A stretch of 64,000 bases of DNA, taken from assembly GCA_002633005.1 (NCBI GenBank), contig NMRA01000468.1:124001-188000 (forward strand), read 5' to 3'. The notes beneath the pieces are model-generated. The model ran no database searches. It was not told where the DNA came from and was given only the letters and a program-made list of their open reading frames with translations. Below, one piece after another: positions 1-18,874 of the stretch (within the stretch, counting starts at the first letter, position 1; every line of letters begins with the position of its first letter). The stretch is from Phoronis australis. Lineage: Eukaryota; Animalia; Phoronida. The position numbers and the translations under genes are program-made.

Positions 1-538
1 CCTCGGCGCAATCCTGGGTACGGGCCTGTGTATGCCTGCGGCATCCAGCGAGAGCCTAATCAAATGGCCATATGAAAGACCTCGTCGTCGTTGGCCTAAT
101 AATACGTACAATACACAGCCAGTCTCCGCCCGGTTGCGCCAAACGGTCACGATGATAGGGACACTTCTAAATTTACCTAATAAATACTATTTCTGTATAT
201 CATGAACGTCTTTGTGTATTCACAGATGTTATGTTTCTTATATGGACTCCTGTTTGACAAAAAGCTGAATATTTTCAAAAAACAACGTGAGAACTGTGAG
301 ACCTTTTTTCAATAAATATAGGGACTTTTCCCGTTAATTAAGATCGTTACATAAAAAATTCTATGATTTATTTTCAATGATACTAATAATTCAATCTATA
401 GTTTATTTAGGTGAACATTAAACCTTAAAACTGTGTTAGGAACGAAAACAAAACATTATATGGTTGGTTGCCACAAATGCTGTAAAGGGTAAAGGAGCAA
501 TTGTTGAGTGTGGCCTATTTCACATACAGGGTATTGTA

Positions 539-611
539 GGGCGCGTGGCCCAATGGACAAGGCGCCTGACTACGGATCAGGAGATTCCAGGTTCGACTCC
601 TGGCGTGCTCG
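539..611 (+). tRNA. tRNA-Arg(ACG): tRNA-Arg, anticodon ACG
   Basis: 73-nt cloverleaf: acceptor GGGCGCG/CGTGCTC, D-stem GCC/GGC, anticodon stem CCTGA/TCAGG around loop CTACGGA, T-arm CCAGG-TTCGACT-CCTGG. Closely matches the metazoan tRNA-Arg-ACG sequence. Confidence 0.96.
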
Positions 612-613
612 AC

Positions 614-618
614 TTTTT
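614..618 (+). terminator. RNA polymerase III terminator (T5)
   Basis: TTTTT 2 nt after the tRNA discriminator base. Confidence 0.75.
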
Positions 619-1037
619 GCATCCTATACTTCGATACACCTGATAAAAGTGGTCCATTCTACGAATATGAAATACACAATCCAGGATGGTTTACAACAGC
701 GAAAATGTTTTCACAATAGTCGAAATGCCTCAATGCCAAATTAGCAAGTGAATCTGTTCGTGCCAACCACTTCTCAATCAGCCTGTGGGCCGCCGCACGA
801 CAGAATATTTCAGTCAGAGAAGTTCATCCCCGTCAGATGTTCTAGAATTTACCATATTCAGCAATTACAGGTGTACCTATGATTCATGAGTTGGGTGGTC
901 GGCATTTTAATTGCTTTCTCGTAAAAATCATCTCGACTTAGGAATGGAAATAAAGCAACATTACCAGTTCGGGGAGGGTTTGCAAAAGTTCACAAATGCA
1001 GTGAAAATTCCAAAAATATTTCTGCGTATTCTCAAGA

Positions 1038-1110
1038 CGGTGCGTTGCCAAATGGACATGGTGCTTTACTACGCATCAGGGTATTCCAGGTTCGACTCCT
1101 GGCGTGCTCC
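1038..1110 (+). pseudogene. tRNA-Arg(ACG) pseudogene / degenerate duplicate
   Basis: Aligns without gaps to 539-611 with 12 substitutions that disrupt the acceptor 5' strand, A-box and anticodon stem. ACG is retained, the T-arm/B-box is identical, and a T-rich tract follows. Confidence 0.85.
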
Positions 1111-3192
1111 GTTTTATTTTTCGTTTTAGTTTCCCTCCTTCAAGTCCGTTCCTGAAAAAAGTTGTTCTACGAATATAAATTATACAACCCAGGTGTAGCC
1201 ATAGCAACAAAAGAGTCACACCACAGACTGTGGCCCACAGGACGAAATAAACGTTTGAGAACACAACGGATATGGTATTGGGATGTTTGGCGGAGCGAAG
1301 GTCCCTCGGCTCTGAGGAACGGTGGGTAGTTGGGCCCCCATTAACGTAGATTCGGTTTTGGAGGCCCAGGTTACCGCGTCAGTGAGCCCGGCCCCAACGA
1401 TGAACAACAAAAAACGAAGGCACCGTATGCCGTTCTATGCGCTTACGCGGACAACGATTTATTTCGGACTTTCGTTGGATGAGACCCGTTCCATCCTTCA
1501 ACATTCCTGTAAATCCGCCCGAGTAAGGCTCTTCAACATCTCGTCTATGGCAAAACATATTGGTGTGAATAAACTGCAACTATTTTGCTCGTAAGCATCA
1601 CGGATAAAAGAAAACAGGTGTGAGTTCCAATCGATTTGTTTCAAAACTGACGCCGGCTGAAAGACAAGTGGGCGGACTAGAGTCATCCGAACTTCAAAAA
1701 CATGTCATCTGAGATAAATTTCAATTTTTCCGAGCGGTGCAGCGATTGCAATCTCTTTTAGTAACAACAGAGCTCTAAGTAGCCCCCCATTTGGCGAAGG
1801 GGACAAAAATGTCCGCCACAGAGAAACAAAAAGTCCGAGAAAACGAGACAGAAGTACACTAGAGCAAAAATTCGGTGAATGCACAGTTCATAGCTCTGAA
1901 CGTCCCCAGTTTTCCAGGAAGAAGTCCGCATTCTCAAAAATTCGAACCTATATATTTTAGGCTGAGTGCGCGCATGGAAAAGTTTCTTCCAAAAAAATTA
2001 CTGGACTCAAGCCGACGTTTGACGAATGACCGTTCAATTCGAATTAAAAACATTGTTTGTTTGTTGTGCAGCGACTCTTACAATCATTGATTATGTCACC
2101 GCCGCCTGCCGTGTCCGCGTATTGATCACAGAAGGGTTTGAAATTTGGGCAATATCAAATACCAATATTACCTCGACGTGTTTTTGAACAGAAAATGTAA
2201 AAGTACTCGTAAAACCTCAAGTACATTCAATGCCACACAATTCAAAGCAAATCAAAAGGTGTAGTTACCATTACCAAAAGAAGGATTCACGCACTTTCAA
2301 GCGTAAATACCGCTTTTCTTAACTGCTTTGGTAACCGTCACAGTACCGCTATGGGCACTGTCAGGTGATCCTCACAGTGTGTCACGGACCTTATGAGACT
2401 GGATCCGCCTCTTTAGGGGCAACATTGGTCCAATATGCCCGTCCAGTCAACGTGCCCTCTTTGGTTTAGACAACTTCTCATCTGCATCTCCGAACAAAAG
2501 ATGAGCAAACTAGCGAGATGGCATGCATACGTACACACAAATAACGAAATGAATTGATCCCCGCTGAGCCCTTGAGAAATTCGTCACATAAGAATTTTTT
2601 TTTGTTTGTTTCAATCGCTGCACCTCATCATTAGTCAGGCCTATGGAGCAGTATACAGCCAGTTTCCTACTGATGCCAAATTACGGCTCACCCTGGCGGC
2701 CTAACAGGGACACCACTAAATTTCATTTCTGCGCATGTACATGTACGTCTTTGTTTACTAACAAATTATATATTTCTTTTAATTCTAACTTCATTGTGGA
2801 CTTCTCTTTGAAAAATATGAAGTTGAATTGTACATACTACACATAATACGTTGGGTCTTATTTCAATCGCATAAATGAAGGACCTGTACATTCAAATTAG
2901 AATCCCTGCATGGAAATAAAGTCCCCACGTGTATTTATTTTAGACAATGTTGAGAAATCACCGCACAGTTTATGCTGGGTGTGTAGGCCTACCAAAGCTG
3001 AAATCTGACTTAGTAATGTTAATAAAAACAACCACGGTTTTATATCGACTTGACATGTTTCGGTGTCGTTTATTCAAACTGCAGAAGAGAGAATATAGTG
3101 GCCACCTAGCTAGGCCTAGCAACAAGTGATGAAGCACAGATACAGTCAGTTACAGGGAGTGACTAGACCAACAATGACAACCTGTGGTGTGC

Positions 3193-3460
3193 CAGTTGCC
3201 TATTGAGATTGGGCTTGCATCAACTGATGTGTAGAGCTCTTTCTGCCTGGTCTATTGTTGCGAAGTCATTGAAAGAGCACTGTTGATAACAGTGATTGGA
3301 GCCGCTCTTTCGCTGAATATTTGCATGTGAACTTCTGTCAGAATTTAGGTGTTTTCTGGTCCTGGTTTTCAAATGGCGAACAGTTTCGCCTACATAACTG
3401 GAGCCACATCCAGCACAGATAAATTTGTACACTACCCTGGACCGTAGACCCATAGGAATA
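3193..3460 (-). mobile_element. Penelope-like retroelement relic, GIY-YIG endonuclease region
   Basis: Translation VVYKFICAGCGSSYVGETVRHLKTRTRKH...ALHIS*CKPNLNRQL matches the PLE GIY-YIG pattern (VVY..C..C...YxGxTxRxLxxRxxEH ... EAxxI...PxLN). It has an internal stop and no RT nearby. Confidence 0.8.
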
Positions 3461-4734
3461 TTCGTCATAGTGATCTTCAAGTTTACTTATATTTTACAAC
3501 CAGAAAAGTACTGATTTCGGGAGTAAAAAAAGTTCCCATAAAAAGCGTCTATGTGCTTCTAGTGGAGAACAACATGGCCAATGAATTGTTTACACGCTTT
3601 GAACGACACGGGCCAGTCCTTCTTTGAGTGGTCACAACCTCAACTCATTCTCAGTTGACCTCGTTGTTCTCGTGTACATTATTACACTGATGAATATCTG
3701 TTTTCTTCCCTTTGATGGAGCTATTCTGTCTTTAGTAGTAACAGTAGTGGTGTAAGAGATATGAACGCGGCAGATGCACATGTAGACCGGAAGCCTGAAC
3801 CAAAAGCGCAATTTTTTATCTTTTAAAGCCACTCAGGGTGATCAGTGCCTTCGTTCTACTGAGAGAATTACAGTTCTAGAAACGGTTGACACTAATTGAA
3901 GTGTGTGATTTCTGGCACCCATGCGGATGCTATCCAGAAGTTTTGCTAATTTGCAAAGTAAAAGTAATAATTGTTTGTTGTTGTTAATCCCTACATTTTG
4001 CCTGAAAGCCGCACATTTTCCAGCCCTCGGCTGCCAGAGTGATCCATTACTCCATTAGCCCAATTTTGGTACCAATCGGCCAGTAGTTCGAGAATTTCTG
4101 CTCTGGATGACTCGAAAAGAACTCTAATTATTCTAGGCTTAAAATCTGTGCAATCGATTTATTATTTTGTTCACTGACACGATCGGTAGGCTACGAATCG
4201 ATGAGTAGTCTGCCTGCCGAACGCAATGTGGAAGCAATTGGCGGCTTGTCGATAGATGGCGCAACACAACCAGTGACCGGGGCCGAAGTTCATTCGGTCA
4301 CATTTCTTCTGTGGAGTGGTCAGCAAACCGGTAGCTGATTCGGACCAATTCACGGAACCAAGAAACCATACGTGAAAGGCTGCGTTATGTCCGTGAACTT
4401 GTGTATTCATCAGAACAAGGTGACCTTTAGTGTTTACGGCAATTGTTAGCAAGTGCCGGGTGACGACGTGGTCGGTGCCCAACGGCACATGACGACCCGT
4501 GCCTGTTGCCCGGTAACCCGTGCCCTAGCTGCCAGTCCTGGACACCCCTCCCTTAGCCAGCCTTGGCCAGTTCAGAGCCTCAGACATTGTCGGTTAGACC
4601 TGCATATAAATAAGTATTTATTTGGCAGCAGCATGCAGTGGCATAATAAGTCGTGGCTGAGCAAATCAGTTTTATTGGGCGGTGCACCATTTTGTTTGGC
4701 ATTCACGGTTTTTTGCTTGCAGTGTCATTGAACT

Positions 4735-4786
4735 TAGGCAATGACCATCGCCTCAGTTGGCCAACAGAGGCGATGGTCATTGCCTA
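4735..4786. repeat. 52-bp near-perfect palindrome (possible TIR-only transposon remnant)
   Basis: TAGGCAATGACCATCGCCTC-A-GTTGGCCAAC-A-GAGGCGATGGTCATTGCCTA; one A/A mismatch; TA at both ends. Confidence 0.85.
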
Positions 4787-4864
4787 CATTGAACTAACTT
4801 CGCTCAACGAAGAAAATTTGCAAAGTACGGATGATGTGGAATAAGTAGAAATTTGATGAAAGTG

Positions 4865-5371
4865 CAGTGGTGGATTTAGAGGGCCCATGCCCTCCCCCCT
4901 AAAATTTTCCCAGATTCCATTTACNNNNNNNNNNNNNNNNNNNNNNNNNNNNNNNNNNNNNNNNNNNNNNNNNNNNNNNNNNNNNNNNNNNNNNNNNNNN
5001 NNNNNNNNNNNNNNNNNNNNNNNNNNNNNNNNNNNNNNNNNNNNNNNNNNNNNNNNNNNNNNNNNNNNNNNNNNNNNNNNNNNNNNNNNNNNNNNNNNNN
5101 NNNNNNNNNNNNNNNNNNNNNNNNNNNNNNNNNNNNNNNNNNNNNNNNNNNNNNNNNNNNNNNNNNNNNNNNNNNNNNNNNNNNNNNNNNNNNNNNNNNN
5201 NNNNNNNNNNNNNNNNNNNNNNNNNNNNNNNNNNNNNNNNNNNNNNNNNNNNNNNNNNNNNNNNNNNNNNNNNNNNNNNNNNNNNNNNNNNNNNNNNNNN
5301 NNNNNNNNNNNNNNNNNNNNNNNNNNNNNCCCCCCCCCCCCCCCCAACTCAAAATCCTGGATCCTCCCCTG
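4865..5371. mobile_element. Non-autonomous DNA transposon (MITE) spanning an assembly gap, 5-bp TSD
   Basis: Imperfect TIRs CAGTGGTGGATTTAG ... CTGGATCCTCCCCTG; AAGTG duplicated at 4860-4864 and 5372-5376; poly-C tract next to the gap. Confidence 0.6.
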
Positions 5372-6036
5372 AAGTGATGAGTTCAAGACCTGGGCCACGA
5401 TTGTCAGCATAGATATCTCAGGTGTCTTAGCTCTGCGCCGAGTTTTTGCTTAACTTCGGAACAAAATCTTGATGTTTTTCATCATGTCGCTGGGAAATTA
5501 CTCTTTTTATTCGTTAACATTATGGGACCACAAAAGCATCCTTATAATTCTGGTGCACAGAAGACGTTCATCACCAAGCCACCTGGCAATTAATACAGCT
5601 AGTTCTTTCATTCACAGATATTTTGCAGCAATGGAATATTTGTGTAGATCGTTTGCCTATCAGACTGTGCAATGTGGCAGTCTGATGGCATATGATCATT
5701 GCAAAGAGTTGCAGGAAAATATACAACTGATACAATGAAGGTCGCTGCATGTCCACCAACTAACCTAGTACATATCGCCATCTAGTGAGCATTCAATTGA
5801 TCATGTTGCTGCTATAGGTCTACCTGAAAATGACTACTTTGCTAACATTATATGGTATGTCAAGTCACAAAAACCAATCACTAGTCGGAACAATTTTTTT
5901 TTTTTTTGTAATTTATCATTCAAACATTTGGTTACTGTACTGAATATGTGTTTTACTTTTTCAGAGTTGGTGGAGCTAACGCCAGTCAGGGAACCTGTTT
6001 GTTGCCTGGCAACTAAGCATTGTCCAAGTGAACTTG

Positions 6037-14815
<8,779 letters not shown>

Positions 14816-14955
14816 TCAACTCTTCGTCAAATTTAATTTAAAGCCCTAACCGCTTTCATCAGTTTTCATGTCTGGAACACATTTGAGTCTGACCATGAGG
14901 CACGCGGCAGTGTCAGATTTCTTGAATTCTTGTATTCATCAGCATGATGTCATTG

Positions 14956-15277
14956 TCACCTTTAACCTCTGAACTGTATGATGTCATTGTCACCCTTGAC
15001 CTCCCATGTGTATGATTTTGATCATTAATACATTGACTCTTGAAAGCCGAGACATTTAGGCTAGTTAGATATACCTATGCCCAACTGGTCTTCGAGTTGA
15101 CTGACAAAAAGTCTTTTGGCCGGGCAGTTCTGAAAAAACAGTCACACATAGAGTAATGATGCTTTTTTCAGATGAGGTAAGCATTGACAAAAGGTTTGAA
15201 TACTATCAACATTGTCGGTGGGGATAAGTGAATACGTTACTTGGCAGCGGCCTCATGTGACCAGAGTGCAAAGGTCA
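14956..15277. promoter_or_regulatory. Cluster of three DR1-like nuclear receptor motifs
   Basis: TCACCT-T-TAACCT (14956-68), TCACCC-T-TGACCT (14990-15002), AGTGCA-A-AGGTCA (15265-77). Motif match only. Confidence 0.35.
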
Positions 15278-16643
15278 ACGTTGTGACACCAGGAAATAAT
15301 GGTGTGAATGCATGACTGCACATGCTCAAATTCATCTTGCGATGGCAACTTGCCAAATAGTACGCTGCTCCTGAATAGCATGGAGTGGACAGATTACACT
15401 GAATAATGGGTTCCAATTGTAATTCAGCTGGTGTGCATATCGTGCAAGTTCAAAGAACAGCATTTTCTGAAAACCTGTAATGGGTAAATCACCGATCACT
15501 GCACACCTTCACGAAGCCCATGGATAATCTTATTAAGATTGATATATCCTACTAATTGTAAAATGCATGGCCAAAAACCACGGTTGCTTTTGATATCTTT
15601 TTGTTTGAAAATCGATGTAATACAAAAAACACCAAATATCAGCTAAATTGGTATTTTTTTCTCATTTTATACCTGCTTTGAACAGTGTAGGAGGGCATTG
15701 GCAGTTGTTGCAAAGCCTTTTAGAAAGGATTTCTCAGTAATATAAATTGAGAAAAACCACAAAACAATCGGAACAACATTTCTATGACGACATCAATCTA
15801 AGACAATTAAATGCAGAGCGAGTGGATTTAAATTTTAATGTAACAGAACTCTTTTTCTTGAAGATACCTTTCAATTCACGTACAACTTTCGACAGATTGA
15901 GATAGGGAATAATGTCCATGACCATACTTGTCGCAGGTTCATGACGGAGTTTTCCCGTTCAGTGACTTAACCAGACGTAGAGGTTTGCGAGCGTGTAATA
16001 ACATCTAGCTTCTTTGTTAACTGCCAAGCACAGTCTTTTGTCTGTTATGACAACAAGCAGGCCAATTATCTACCAGGCTTATTACAGACGACGTGTGAAC
16101 ACAGTCAAACACAGAACATTCGGAAAGAATAATTGTCGAAACTTCGGTTGCAGTTGGGCAATTTTGGCTATTCAAAAACTAAACATAATCACCATTTGAC
16201 GAGGAATTCAGAAATGCTATTGATTTATGTTCAAAGATGTTATAACTTAACTTTTATTTTTAACAGCACAGCCCAGTCGGACTAAATACAATCTTTTTGG
16301 AGATAAGAGCAATTATCGAACAAAAGAGAGTTGGCCCTTCAACCATAAATGCCATAATGGAGTCAATCAGTCGTGTAAGATATTGGCTGCAGGGGTCATC
16401 TTCCCAACTTGTTGTTGGGTTATAGAATCGATCAAGTTGGGAGCAACGGGAAAATGCTGTAATGTTCCAAAATTTAAAAAATATAGGTCAATGAAAACAA
16501 CGAGCTTTCTTACCTTCAGGTCTAAAGAGGGTTCTATCTCTGTGTAATCCGGGACTTTTCTATTACTCGTATAACTGTGTGCTTTGAGATAGTACACTCT
16601 TTGGCAAGACACTGGTTAGCATTATTAGTAGTACACTCAACAT

Positions 16644-16659
16644 TCGATAGGTGGCGCTG
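16644..16659 (+). promoter_or_regulatory. CTCF-like motif between the convergent genes
   Basis: TCGATAGGTGGCGCTG resembles the bilaterian CTCF core (AG[A/G]TGGCGC). Motif match only. Confidence 0.35.
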
Positions 16660-16848
16660 GTGAAGATTGGCTCCTCTTCATGGTGTAAACAATGCCACTT
16701 AATGAATTTTTGAGCCTCATTGAATTTATTTATGTACTGATTATTTATGATTGTTGTCAAATGATTTGCTCTATAATGTATGCAATATTTTGTTGAGTTA
16801 TTGAAATGTTTCATTAAATCATGTTGTTTTCGTTTCATTTTTTAAAAC

Positions 16849-16854
16849 TTTATT
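16849..16854 (-). other. Candidate poly(A) signal (AATAAA) of the PLEKHA-like gene, distal 3' UTR
   Basis: TTTATT on the + strand, about 2 kb downstream of the stop codon at 18810, in AT-rich UTR-like sequence. Confidence 0.35.
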
Positions 16855-18809
16855 TGATATAACTAAACTATCGAATATTTTAACCAATACAATTTGCATA
16901 GAAAACTATGTAATTCATAACACTACCCTAAAATAAAACAAATATTACAATGCCTAACCCTGTGCAGGATATTTATAACTAATAACATGACAATCTAACA
17001 TAGCAAGCAATGTAACAACTGGAGTAAACCCTGCTTTCAAAAATAAAACGTAAATCGGAATGACTTATTGTTAGATTTCATAAACCAGTAGTATGACAGT
17101 GACCAATTACAGCTCTGTCACTGCTAATAAACACGTTTTCGATTCCTTAAACAGTTTTATCGTGAACCCCAATTCACGAATGCTTTTTTGCTAATGCAGT
17201 TGTAATTTGGTTGAAATCAAAAACTAATAACATATCCAGTTCATGGATGCAAATTCTCCAAACATATTCCATGAACTTTCCTGTAATAATCGAGTAAAAA
17301 TAAAGGAATCTGTACACATGCTATTTACACATTCGCATAATCATACAAAAATTATGCTGAGTATAGTCATTTATGCAAAAATTCAAGGAGACAAAATATT
17401 CAAACAAAAGTATGTACCCTTTATAGGAATCGTCTTGAGACAGGTGAGATGCTTTTAGGAATATCTTGGGTAATTTGAAATTGTTAACAGCCTGAGGGAC
17501 TACTCAATGCATAACAACTAGGCAGCGCATACCAGTGTGAAAGCCTTATACAACAGCAGGAATATACAAAAATATAAAAGGTAACGCAATAATTTGCAAT
17601 CACTAAAATCCTCATATAACAGTTCTCACTCCAAAAACTAGTTGTAACTGACTTGTATTTAAAAAATAAAAACAAAGGGATTAATAAGACTAGCTAGAGA
17701 TCTTAATTTTAACATGAATAACAGTCGCTTGAATATGAAAAACATGATATGTATAATATTAGCAAAAGCACATTGATAATAAAAACTTTCTAACACAAAA
17801 CAGGACGTATAATTACAATAGATGAGTTTTAAAATATAACACTGAACACGTTTAGTACAATGAACTTGTTCGAACTATAAGTGCATCACAAATACATCAA
17901 TGTAAAACAAAATATATAGGTAACTAAACTCCTGGGGGACCAGCAAAGCCATGGTGAGCAGTTATACTGAACGATTGACTGCTGCCATCTGTTGATAAAT
18001 AAATCGTGTACTCTCCTATCAAGGGTGCCACTCAATTATGCGAAAGAATTTCCAACTATATATCAGAACCATCCCCTCAAACCATGGAATCGTAAATGCA
18101 TCACATAGGCAAGAATTAAGTTATTTGCCCTAAACAAATTGGAAAATCAATCGTTCGAAGAAATCTCAGACACGATCAATGCATCATTTACATGAACCAC
18201 ATGTTGGATTTTAATTTTTGTGATTTTTATGCATGAGACTTGAGACTTTTGAAATTTACGATATACTCCAAGCACGAAATGATTTCCAAGACCATATTTT
18301 GTTTACATTTTCCGCCTCTTCAAATCTGAATATAACTCAAATTGAGATGCATACACCAGTATGTTGCTGAGTAACAAAATGCATGCGGACAGAAAACTGA
18401 TGGTACTTTTTACATACACTTTGCTGCGTGTCTAATTATTTGACGAACTAAGCCATAAAAGAATTGGCCTCTATTGTCAGCCATATGGCAATAAGAGTGA
18501 ACTATCCCTCGGTATCAGCAGCCATTCCTTCCTAATGGTCTCCATTTGCATTCTATAATGTAAAATTCTCTATTCACCATGATAATAATATCAAATAATT
18601 CGTAATAAAACTATTCACTCAAAAAGGCGGAAAGTAAATCCAAACTTCATTTAAAACTAACACCCCTGATTGCAAAAACATGACATCCACTTCAAAGCTA
18701 GGAAACTTGATCAAAAAGATTAATTAAAATTGATAGGCTTGAAATATCAGATTACATTATTTCGTTACTTTTCATTCCAATACAGTGTTGAGAACAGATT
18801 TTGAGTCGG

Positions 18810-18874
18810 TCATGTGGAGACATCTGTTGGCGATATTGCTGACAGGTCTTGATGACTCTGGGCTCGTCTTTTTG
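18810..18874 (-). CDS. Terminal coding exon B of the PLEKHA-like gene
   Basis: tttcAG acceptor in phase 1; AKRRAQSHQDLSAISPTDVST*; followed by AT-rich UTR-like sequence. Confidence 0.6.

Noticed and set aside
508-1129. ORFs 508-744 and 911-1129 sharing SRFDSWRA
   Set aside because: The shared peptide is simply the translated tRNA T-arm.
1216-1690. Overlapping short ORFs in a CpG-rich stretch
   Set aside because: No recognisable domain, and the 1216-1410 frame has a stop just upstream of a non-ATG start; a gene cannot be supported.
4784-5410. Long ORFs across the N run (also 45344-45675)
   Set aside because: Artefacts of translating assembly gaps.
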